Positions 20,150 through 31,121 of a DNA stretch of 64,000 nucleotides are shown here, piece by piece; position 1 is the stretch's first letter; each line of letters begins with the position of its first letter. The notes below the pieces were generated by a model. That model ran no database searches, was not told where the DNA came from, and was given only the letters and a program-made list of their open reading frames with translations. The position numbers and the translations under genes were made by a program. The DNA is from Cycas panzhihuaensis (taxonomy: Eukaryota > Plantae > Cycadophyta): positions 1,364,001 through 1,428,000 of the forward strand of contig CM041465.1 of NCBI GenBank assembly GCA_023213395.1, read 5' to 3'.

Positions 20150-21383
20150 GGTACACCATGTTTGAGAGTTAGTTGGTTTGAGAATTGATTAAGTGATTAG
20201 TCACTAAAGAAACTTGTAAAGGATCATCTTATACAAAATCGCTAATGGAGTTAGCACGAGTTTTCCTATATCTTATAAGACAAAAGATGAGAGAAGCTTT
20301 ATAAGTTACTCTTGTTGTAATATATTTGTCTAACCATAGTATATTGTGTTGATTTAAGAAGTTGATGAACCATGTATAAGAAATACTTCCTAGTTAACTA
20401 GTGATTGTAATAGTTGGTTATCCATGTATTTTAGCATATGGTTGTTATTTTATATAGACATCAATAAGTATATTATACTTGTTTAAGAAGTTGATAAACC
20501 ATATATGAGAAATATTTCCTAGTTAACTAGTAATTATAATGACTGGTTACTTATGTATTTTAGTAGATGGTTAGTGTTTTATATGGACATCAATAATATG
20601 GTTTGTTATTGAGTTGACAAGTTTGTTTAATAACTTATAAGTGGACAATAAGTCGTGACAACTTATAGGAAACTTCATACAATAAGTCATAACTTATAAG
20701 AAACTTCATATATCATGACAAGTTATGGGTCGTGTTTGATTAATAGTAATTTATAGGTGGTGATGTAATATGATGAAAACAAATTTGATAGTTGATGCTT
20801 ACATATATAGGTGATATGAGACATATGATAAGCAAGTGATCAAGCATGAAAATTTAGCATGGAGATGAAATATTAAAGAATTCCATAAATTAAACATTAA
20901 GAAGAAGTGTTAGAATATAAATTTCATAGATATGAATACAATGTTTAATTAGTGAAAGAGTCATAATTAGTCGATGTGAAAGGTTCTTACGTATGATCTT
21001 ATTGATCTTATTGGTTGATGTAATGATGAAATATTATTGATTAGTAATAAGGTGTCACATCTATATAAGGGAAATATATATTGTAAGGTGAACTAGATTA
21101 CCTAGTCCTCTTTATGAGGCAAGGATGACTCACCATGAGTATTGTTTATTATTCTTTCTTAATATAAGATCTCATATATATTTGGAGGTATTTTTTTCAT
21201 TAATAAGTTTTTCACATTAAACATGGTGTTGCATATGATGTTTACATAATTAACTCTTTGCTTTTACCTTTATTCATTTATTATGTTTATTATATAGTTG
21301 ATTGATGATGTGGTTCCAATCTCTCCTACTTGATTATATTAAGTTATTATCCTATGTAATAAATTTGAACACGATATCCTACA
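20150..21383 (+). mobile_element. Non-coding LTR element remnant H, related to G (internal region plus putative 3' LTR 20908-21383)
   Basis: 20354-20443 matches the reverse complement of G internal 22285-22360. The junction taaacattaagaagaag|tgttagaatataa mirrors the G PPT/LTR junction. About 129-bp tandem duplication at 20341-20597. The 5' LTR was not found. Confidence 0.55.
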
Positions 21384-21398
21384 TTTGGTATAAGTCAT

Positions 21399-23028
21399 TG
21401 TTAAAAATATGAAGATGCAATAATATAAAATCATGAGTATAAAACATCAAACATGTAAAGTAAACATAATCATCACTACAAGACACCAAAATTTATATGT
21501 GGAAAACCCAATACAGGAAAAATCACAGGAGAAGGTGGAGTTAGGATTCTGCTTATGATCATAAGGATTACATCTTTCTCCTCTCTTCTTTCTCTAGTTC
21601 TCAAGTGGTAAGAGTATAAATATATAATGATAATCACCTCATGAGTAGCCTATCACATATAATGAGTCGTTACATCATCCAATGGTGGGATAGCATGGAT
21701 ATGTGTGCATCTCTATACCTCGAAGTAGGTGAATGGTAGGAAGTACATATGTATAATGGACTCATATTGAACATTATATTTTAATACCCCCCCATAATGT
21801 TTAATGTCCTTGAATCTTGATCTTGGGTCTTCATGTCTTCATCTTGTATGCTGACACCAATAATCTATAACTGTCACTTATATCTTATATGCAGTATCAC
21901 TTGTAACATGTATCCTATAACATATTTCCTGTATCCTATATCCTATAACCTATTTCCTATACTCTGTATCTTATGACCTGTTTCCTATATTTTGTATCCT
22001 ATAACCTATTTCCTATATCCTGTAACCTATTTCATCTATATTATAGGTGAATTCTTCATATTGTATATCTCGAGAATAGATTCTATATTAATCACCAATA
22101 TCATCCGTAACCTGTAAAAGTCATGTAACTATATGTTATCTCTATAAACCTATATATGAAGTGTTTTATGCACATCTTCATATCTTCACCTATATGGTGG
22201 CTATTTTCAATCTACATTAAGTTGTCCATCAAATCAAGCAAAGTGATATCTAAGTCCATATAAAACAAAATCCATCTACCAAAATACATGGGTGACCAAC
22301 TATTGTAATCGCCAGTTTACTAGGAAATTGCTTCTAATACATGGTTCATCTTCTTTCCAAATTACTTGTAGGACTTTCATATTATCAACAGGGTGTTATA
22401 TAGGCTTGCTTCTTACTACAAATGGGTTATCTTCATATGGACTAATTTAAATACCTGCATGCTTCAAATATAGGTGTCAATATGTATGAATAAAATATCA
22501 ACATAAAATCACATATAAACATGCCATCAGTATCAGTCGTGTCTCTTATATGCAGCTTGATAGGCTTGAAGTAGATAAGCAGGATCTTCACCTCACCATA
22601 GTGTCTTAGATGTAACACTGCTCTAATACCATGTTAGAAATAAAGATGTAATAATATAAACTCATGAGTATAAAATATTAAACATGTAAAGTAAACATCA
22701 TCAAACATAATCATCACCACAAAACACCAAGATTTATACGTGGAAAACCCAATGTGGGAGAAACCACAGGAGAAGGTGGAGTTAGGACTCCGCTTATGAT
22801 CATAAGGATTACATATTTCTCCTCTCTCCTTTCTCAAATTCTCAAGTGGTGAGAGTACAAATATATAGTAATAATCACCTCATGAGTAGTCTATCACATA
22901 CAATGAACCATTATATCATCTAATATTGGGATAACATGGATATGTATGCATCTCACATATCTCGAAGTAGGTGAATGATGGGAAGTGTATGTGTACAATG
23001 GACCCATATTGAACATTATGTTTTAATA
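21399..23028 (-). mobile_element. TRIM-like non-autonomous LTR retrotransposon G (about 1.63 kb)
   Basis: LTRs 21399-21786 and 22632-23028. PBS gctctaatacca 22620-22631; PPT (C7 on + strand) 21787-21793. TSD gtcat/gttat. About 845 bp non-coding interior with tatcctataacctatttcc-like tandem repeats at 21905-22035. Confidence 0.92.
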
Positions 23029-23108
23029 GTTATATCATAAATTTTAATAACTCCCAATTAGAAGATGAATTTAAAAACCCAATAACAAATAATAAAAAGA
23101 AAAATGTA

Positions 23109-24700
23109 ATGGGTTGTTGACAAGAAGATGCACGTAGAAGGAAAGGACATGATTTGCCAAAGATTACGATAAGGGTAGAACCAAACTTAAAGCATATAAT
23201 TGATGACAACCCTCAACTTCAAGATACCTTAAGAAGGTATGATTTATGGAGTCTCTATTATTCTAGACTTCCATCTTTAACTAAAAGAGATATATAAGAA
23301 TTTATTAGAAATTTTAAAGATGAGAAGATTATGGTTGAAGGATATGACATCTAAACCTCTCTAATTTTTTTTTTGTAAGGGTATTAGGAGTGTCTAAAGA
23401 AGGGGTCATCTAATAGTCATAAACCAAAATGGGAGAATTTAAAGAGTTGATAAAAAACTTTATGACTGAAGAACATTGAGGACAAAATTTTCTTATAGGA
23501 GTTCCTATGAACTTTATCATTGAACCATAGGGATCATTAGCTAGTATGTTATTTAAGTGTGGTTTTTACCTAGTTCAACCTACTTATATAATAGCTAAAA
23601 ATCTCAAGACTTTAAACACATGGAGAGAAGAAAAATAGGTGAAAATGGGAGAAATCCTAAAATCAACACTTAAGAAAAACATAAATAAAATCTTAATTAC
23701 TGAATTCCAATACATACCCTTCATGTACCTTACTATTACATAAAGGCTTATAAAGTTTAATGTTTGACAAAATAAAATAAAATAGAAGACAATCTAGCAT
23801 AGTATAAAGACTAATAAAAAATAAAGGAAGAAGATTATAGGCTTAAAGGAAAGAATTCATTCTCTTAAGAGAGAGTTAAGGAGAAGGCAAAGGTAAATTC
23901 TATCCTTGAAAATAAAATTAAAATAGGTGTAAGAAAAAGTTTATGAAATAAACAAGCAATTGGAAGAAAGTGGGAAGAAACAAGCCCAGAACTTAATAGA
24001 AATAGTGGTAGCAAGACAAAAGGAGGAACTAAATCATGATAAACATAAAGTAGAAAATTTTAAGATCTCTAAGAAAATGTCTAGTTTACGAGAGTTATTA
24101 CATGCTTATAGAATACCTCTCAAGACATACAATATTATGTATTAATAGTAAGCTATTTTCCTTAGAATTTGCTCATGCTTAATAGGGCATCCATTAGTGG
24201 ATGACCCTTGGGAGACTTTTAAATCTTTCTATGAGATTTATAATGAGGATGATAAAGATTTGATGGCTAAAATATTTTTGTGTAATGAATTTAAATGCTC
24301 ATTGGAGGATAACTCTAATATTATTATGGATAATATTTATATCTAAGCTTTCTAGTTAGTCTACATTAACAAAATGAAAAGGGTTGTAAGAGAGGAGGCA
24401 TATAAGAAAAAGGAGTATGTCACTCCTCAAGATGTGAGGAAGAATAATTATAATCTAACCAAATTAACTATCCTTCATAACAAACTTATAGTAAATGAGC
24501 ATATTTATCAAGCATATGTAAGAAACCAACAATAAGTGATATCTCATTAGGGTGATAAAAAGGAAAGGATGATGAGGTTAGTAATGATGGTTTAAAGGGT
24601 TAGAACACAAAGTTTATGTAATGTCTTAAGACAACTAGATTCTTACTATGATGATGAGTATAATTTGGGAACCTTTAGAGTTGATCAGTTGATATATAAA
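23109..24700 (+). pseudogene. Decayed long ORF, probably a retrotransposon accessory (extra) ORF with a coiled-coil-like C-terminal half
   Basis: Manual translation through stops: ..LQDTLRRYDLWSLY..DI*EFIRNFKDEKIMVEG..VRVLGVSKEG..GVPMNFIIEP*GSLASMLFKC.. followed by a K/E-rich segment including ORF 23960-24145. Family assignment is tentative. Confidence 0.45.
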
Positions 24701-27304
24701 CTCTAGGTAGTATAAGACAACTAGATTAGTACTATGTTTTAATCACACCTTCTCTTTATGCCATTCCAAAAGTAGGTTATGGTAGGACAAACATATCACT
24801 TTTTTTTCTCCCTTTTAAGTGGATTGTAAAACTAATCCCTAAATGGACCTTAAGAAATACTGATATCTTGAACCTGAGATAAGAACAAAGGAAAAATAAA
24901 TAAAGGGGAAATAGTAAGGACTATTTTGATCCTCATCATCTTCTAAATTGACTACCTTTTCCCCATATTTTATGATAACTTTGTAAGCCTTAGGGTACTT
25001 CAAATTATGATTCTTAGTTCTAGAATGATATCTTTCCTATTTCGGGAAAATTGCCTCTTATAGCAACGTTTTGATATATTTCGTATAGTGAGGTAACTCA
25101 TGTTTTATTAACATCTATGATGCAATAACCCAAAGTTATTGATTGATTACTAATGGAGTTATAAATATATAAACAAATTAAGACTTTATATTTTATGTGA
25201 TAACAACCTTCTAAGAAGTGCAAGAGGTTGTCATAACTTACTAGATCATATATAAATAATTTTTCTTATTATTAATGAAGTAATAAAAGGGATTTTTTTA
25301 TAGTTATTGCTTGTTCTTCCTCCCTACTTGTGTACCCATTCAACCCATTTTAGATAAACCTTTATTCCATTGTTATGGACAAAAGAGAAATGCTACCAAA
25401 TATAGGGGCAACACTAATAGTGCCCATGTATTATAGTTAGTTTCTGATTTTATTTGTTGAGCCTTTACTTTTGCATAGAATTACTAACAAAATTATGTGA
25501 ATGGAAAGGCAATAGATAAAATTATTTGGTAGGAATTTGATTGTTATTTGTAGATTCTCAATTTGATGAGTTTAGTCCACTAGTTCATAAGCTTATGTAC
25601 CTTAGGTTGACATGATTTATTTAGTGGGTTTTTGTAGAACTTTAATTAAAGTTATACAAACAACTTAAGAGGGATCACTATAATTAGTTTTTTAAGAAAA
25701 GTTTATCTCATAGACTGTTGGGGTTAATGATCATCACCACACTCCTACCTTTCAACCAGGAGTGCACATCTCACTCTCACCAATTTACACATGTAGGTGC
25801 TCACATGTGAAGGTAAGTATAAGGTAAGGTTAAGTTGATTTGATTTAATTTGAGTTAAGTTCATTTGAGTTAAGTTAAGTTATATTTTATTGTTGTTTAA
25901 ATTTTAGGGGTTGAGGAGTTTCCCTCCTCCCCCAAACTATATATTTGGAGGGGTGTACAACCCTTGTGTCTTTAGACACTGCCTACTCTTGGACATTTGT
26001 AATGTACTCTCTTAAGCAAATGATTGAATACAAAGGATTTTCTATTTATGCAATAATAGAATGATTATGTGTTTATGTTCTACCTTGTTCTCCATCGTTT
26101 ATTTTCCTTCATCTGGTATCAGAGTATAGGTTACCAAAGGTTGCACCTCCATGTGAAGTTTTTTTGAAGAAGAAGGAAGATTTATTGGCATTTGAAGCAG
26201 ATCTACTCACAAGCTAGCAAATATTGGTTATATTCATTTTTTACAAAGTTTATTAGCAGTTTCTTGTATTTTTTATTAGAGATATGATTATTCTTGAGTT
26301 ATACTTATGAAATAACAAATATATTTTAGATATTTTTCAGATCTGTATAAGAGCATACCTACAATCAGCAAATATCAAGTTTTTATCACTTTACAAAGGT
26401 TTTGTCAACAAGTTTTATATATTTTATCATATATTTGACCATTTTCTGGCATATTTTTATCTATTTATTTTATATTTTCTTAGATATGTGTAGGAGCACA
26501 ACTGCAATCAACATTTACTCAAGTTTTCTCTAGATCTATGTTATATATTCTTTAGATCTACATATTTTATCAAATATTTGACCATTTTCTGGTTTATTTT
26601 ATTTATATATTTAATATTTGCTTCATATCTACAATATTTGCTTCAGATCTGTAATATTTTCTCCAGATCTGTAATATTTTTCTTCAGATCTATAATATTT
26701 TTCTTCAAGATCTACAATATTTTCTTGAGATGTATGCAATATTTGCTCCAGATCTATATATTTTATTAAATATTTGACTATTTTTTATACATTTGGTCCA
26801 TTAACTCAATATCTTCTTTTAGATCTGTGTAAGATTTGGTGCATATTCAGCCTTACAAGCTTTCTGGAGAAGTCATACTATAGTAGATCCATCTATTGGA
26901 AGAGTTTAAACTCTATTTTCTACAAATTAGTCACAACTACATTACTAAGTTCTTCTTGTTTTACTTTTAGATTTAAACATATATTTTCTTATTTCTTTGA
27001 TATATCTTCTCCTGTACACTTGAAAAATCTTAAATATAAGTATATATATATTTTATTTATTTAATATGCTTTCTTTAATATTTGAAAATTTTTCTGGTTT
27101 CATTTGTGGCTCCATTGAATCACCAAAATTTTCATGCTTTTCTATATAAATATAATTTTTTTTTTGAAATATCTCTTCCGTGATATACATATTGTACAAA
27201 GATTATACAACTAAAAAAAAGCTTAACATTTTTCATGTTTTTTGTACAAATATATATTTTTTGCAATATTCCTTCGTTATAATTCTTCATTTCCCATATT
27301 GAGT

Positions 27305-27370
27305 AGCCATTGGCTTATAATCAAAACATTTTAGCTTGGTTTGCCAATCTGAACCTAGCTTAGAAATTAA
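27305..27370 (-). pseudogene. COQ8: Captured fragment of a COQ8/ABC1 atypical kinase gene
   Basis: LISKLGSDWQTKLKCFDYKPMA resembles the recalled plant ABC1/COQ8 segment LDAELGxxWQSKLTSFDYEP(L/M)AAASIGQV; only about 22 codons. Confidence 0.7.
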
Positions 27371-27625
27371 AAGGTTTAAAACCACTTTATTCTGTCCTAC
27401 CCCACTATAACAAAGGGCTAGGATATTCCATCGATCAGATCTGGCATATATTCCAGGCAAGACCTCCTCAACTTGCTTTGCCAATATAAAGGTTTATCCA
27501 CATAGAGACAGGGTAAAGGTAAGGTGATCCATAATTATAGAATCTGAAGCAATTTTCTAGATACAACACTTTCTTAGAAGGATCATAAGCAGTAGAATAG
27601 CCTCTACTGTATTATTCTTTGGAAC
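27368..27625 (-). pseudogene. NPG1: Captured fragment of an NPG1/NPGR calmodulin-binding TPR protein gene (TTC7/YPP1-like)
   Basis: VPKNNTVEAILLLMILLRKCCI*KIASDSIIMDHLTFTLSLCG*TFILAKQVEEVLPGIYARSDRWNILALCYSGVGQNKVVLNLL matches the recalled VPxNNxEEAILLLMILL..HLTFALSLC..LAKQLEEVxPG..RWxxLALxYS..GQN..NLL; two in-frame stops. Confidence 0.88.
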
Positions 27626-27942
27626 TAGCTTCCTCTTCTTATCTCCATGCCTAAGTCTGCCTTTATCACCATTTGGCATCAATAGTAGGATAAAGAGAGA
27701 AGAAAAAATGAGGCATAAGTAAAAGGAAAGAATAGTATGAAGAGTAGCAGAAAGTAGACAGAAAATTTAAAAAATAAAAATAAACAAGTCCACCTTTATA
27801 TACATTTTATTTATTTGATATATATATAAAAGAACTACCGAAGAAAATATCTGTGTACTATATTTTCTTCCCCCCTCCCTGGTAATTGGATTTTCTACTC
27901 TTAGAAACAACTCTCTCATAAACACCAAATTATTGTTTTTAC

Positions 27943-28185
27943 TTGACCCAGCCCAGGATCCTGGACAATAGTCCCATTACAACAAAATTTCTTCTTCAGT
28001 TCTTCAAGAATCTTATTGTAACTAAACTCTTTTTTTAAGCCCTGCACTATTGTCAGATTCTTTCTACCATTATGTTGTTGTATGCACACATAAATATATT
28101 CCTTGGACCTAGCACCTAAATCTTCAGCATTTACCTTCACGATTGGATTAAAGGCCCCAGGAATCTGAACGTCTAGATCTGACAT
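27943..28185 (-). pseudogene. SUI1: Captured, C-terminally truncated translation initiation factor eIF1 (SUI1/GOS2) fragment
   Basis: ORF 27916-28185 MSDLDVQIPGAF..IQQHNGRKNLTIVQGLKKEFSYNKIL..FCCNGTIVQDPGLGQ. Lacks VIQLQGDQR..IKIHGF and has substitutions at conserved residues. Confidence 0.95.
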
Positions 28186-28277
28186 AAACCCTGTCTATTG
28201 AAAGGACAGTGACTAATTAGTAAGCTCACCTCACCTCTTTCCTATGCTAAGCCTTAACCTCAAAATGAAGGTATTTT

Positions 28278-28380
28278 GTAGGTGGCATAATAAACCAGGG
28301 AAAACAAGGCGATCTTGCCCAGCTCGCTAGGCGCTGGCACCATGAACGCCTTTCGAATGCCATTCATTCAACCCATTGAT
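28278..28380 (-). pseudogene. PHT3: Captured N-terminal fragment of a mitochondrial phosphate carrier (MPT/PHT3) gene
   Basis: Minus frame NGIRKAFMVPAPSELGKIALFSLVYYAT resembles the recalled plant MPT motif FMIPAPSEPGKIEMYSPAFYAAC; short. Confidence 0.7.
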
Positions 28381-28576
28381 CTTCTTGAGACAAATGATCT
28401 TCAAGTTCTTTCTCTGTGACTCGTGTAGATAACCTAGTAACATAAAGATTATTTTCGGGATTAATTGCACTAGGATTTACTCCATTGTCCCTCTGAACTG
28501 GGCTTCTAGAAATAAAATATCTATGGCATGGTGAAGGAGACCTTGAATATCTTCCATGCTTTAGAGAGTCCCCCTT
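28381..28576 (-). pseudogene. SR45a: Captured N-terminal fragment of an SR45a/TRA2-like splicing factor gene
   Basis: GDSLKHGRYSRSPSP..SRSP..NPENNLYVTRLSTRVTEKELEDHLSQE matches the RS region and RRM start NPGNNLYVTGLSTRVTxxxLExHFSxEG; the RRM is truncated. Confidence 0.88.
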
Positions 28577-30907
28577 TCTTAACAAACAACGCTGACGAAC
28601 AACCAACCATGCCACATAAAAATATTTGTTCCAAGAAATGAACATTGAACCCACTAGCTCTCAAGCCAGGATAAAAAATGGTGCAAGGATCCCACACTTT
28701 CGAATCAAAATAACCTTTTGATAAAGTTAACCATTTCATGCAAGAAAATCCAACCCAGATCCACAAATTTTGGGTGCTACAATCCCCCACACAAAGAGTT
28801 TCAACCCTGCGACCTGCATCTAGCTCGAAAACACGCCAAACCACCATACCGCACCTGATACATGCATCCAAAACTAGGGAATCCAACATCTATGCGAAAA
28901 GGACATTACATTTTGCATAACCCACAGACCAAAATCGCATACATGTAAATCAGATCAGCCTAGATCATACCAGATTTGCAACTCTAATGAATCAACCAAA
29001 ACACAAAGAGCATAAAATCTAAACATAAATAAAAGCAGAGGAAAGGCATTCATGTGCCAGGGCCCAAGGACTCAATATTATTTTTACTGCTTTAGAGGTC
29101 ATTTATTGTGATCTCTTCATTTCATTTGAGGACCACATGTGTCTATTTTCCCTCCATCTTCTCTGTGAATGCTATATTGTGCATATCATGAATTTACGGG
29201 GAGAATTATGAGAGATCATACTTATATGACACCCACATGGTTTGCGTGTAATTGATCGACAATAAGTTTTATTAAACGAATAAGTAAACACATAAATTCT
29301 TCACACAAAAGCATCCAAGTCCATTGCCTTCATCGCCTCACAGATCCCTTCAAATTTGAATTCCAGCTGATCGGGTTGAGATTTTTACTTTTTTTTTAAC
29401 ATTATAGTTTAACGGCACCATAACAGTTGAGGTTGATGGACTCTCGAAGCCATAACCAAATCCATGGCATCTCCATGGCGAAGGCTACATGACAGATGAC
29501 GATGGTTGTGCAGCGGTAGCAACGCCATTTGATTCAAATTTTCTATTTTTTATTTTTTATTTTTTATAAGGTTTTTTAAAATTAAAGAAAATTGTATACA
29601 ATTTCAAATCTGGGGTTTTAAAGGGTACAAGCCCCTTAAGACTTAGCCCCCAATCTTAATCCCTCCATGTGACCTTAGCATATTACTAAAAGCAGCCAAT
29701 TCACTTTTTATAAAACTTTTCTTTTTTTATTTTTTTTATTTTTTTCATTCAACATAGGATACCTAGCAAATTTTTACCATATATTTTGACTGGGTCATCA
29801 GTTTCTAACGAAACCTATCCCATTACATCTAAAATTTTTTTAGATATGATTTTGACTGGTCATATTCCCTATTTGGAGCTTATTTGACCTATTTTCAATC
29901 AATTTAAAGTTAGTCATTCATTTTTAAAGCCATTTTAAACTAGTTTCATAAAATCATTTTTTTATCAAATTATATTTTATCATTGAACAACTATTTTCTA
30001 CCTAGACCTATTCTATAGCCATCTATTATCAACAAACTTCATCACCATCTATTCATTCTATTTTTTAAGATTTATTTTAATCCTTATTTTAATCGGCCAA
30101 ATCGACACTTTAACATTTTTTAAACATTTCAACATAAAAGTACTTGTTGTTATTTCTATTATAACTTTTTTATTTTACATAATAATTCAAATCCATCAGT
30201 TTCGTTGGGAATCTGACTCACTCCTCTTCGAACTAACACTATTATTTATAAGCTTTAAAGTGTTTTTGTCAATTTTCAAAGCCATCAAAATTGAGGTACA
30301 TAATAGCCTCTAATTTATCATTATTACATATTTATATATATTATTTCTCAAATTTTTTCAACTGAAAATATATTAAGCAGCCCTCTAAACCATATTTGAT
30401 CATTTTTTTATCATTCTATAATTTTTTTACTGGCATTTTTATAATATTTTGAGCCTTAGGCTCCCGTTAAGCCTTAAAAATAGGACTGCACCTTTTGCTC
30501 ATTAAATATTAACTTGTAAGAACCTATTTTCAAAACAGTCAGTTCCATTGAATAGTTTTTTCATTGATCTTCAAACTTTTATAATTTCACTTTATTTTGA
30601 TATTATTTATTACAACTTTAAAGCTACTAAACTTGAGCATTTAGTATATCCTAACATGCTTTCACCTACTTCTTGCACTTATAATAGTTACATTTAGTTG
30701 ATATACTTTCCAAAGGCATCTTTTATTTTTTCAAAGTGCATTACATTTCTTTCAAAAAGTATATTTGAAATCATATAAGTTTATTGATTTATTGAGTTTT
30801 TAACTTAGTAAAAGCATATTCCTTTTATATACTAAAGTTTTCTATAAAATATTGATCAATATTCATAAAGCATAATTTCTTATATTTGATAGCCATAATT
30901 TTTCACA

Positions 30908-31121
30908 ATGGCATCAAACAATATAACATTATTTTATTACACATGATCTTTGAAAATACTTACAAGATGAATATGATGTTTGTATTAAGGAAAACATTCA
31001 AAAAGATAATGAAGCCTTAGCTTTACTATTTTGTACTATAGATGATAATGTCTTTTCTAAAGTTTGTGAACTAATAACTTCCAAATCTGTATCGGACATC
31101 TTAATTTCTACTTATGGGTGA
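30908..31121 (+). pseudogene. Truncated copia gag remnant in element E
   Basis: IKENIQKDNEALALLFCTIDDNVFSKVCELITSKSVSDILISTYG resembles UBN2-type KENxxKDxxALxLI..D.IF.RI..TSKExWDIL..Y.G, and parallels F2 gag near 16770-16900. Confidence 0.75.

Noticed and set aside
21905-22035. CRISPR-like or other regularly spaced array (also 26620-26760 and the C LTR sub-repeats)
   Set aside because: Degenerate head-to-tail tandem repeats without unique spacers, in eukaryotic TE context.
27916-28185. Functional eIF1/SUI1 gene
   Set aside because: Lacks the C-terminal 30 or so residues, has substitutions in conserved motifs, and lies inside an LTR element; treated as a captured fragment.
28521-28920. ORFs 28521-28889 (-) and 28738-28920 (+) as genes
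   Set aside because: No recognisable motifs; they overlap UTR/intron-like sequence upstream of the SR45a fragment.
27100-29600. Helitron, Pack-MULE or L1-retrocopy boundaries around the gene-fragment cassette
   Set aside because: I found no TC..CTRR ends with a correctly placed hairpin, no long TIRs and no TSD flanking the A10 run, so the mechanism is left open.
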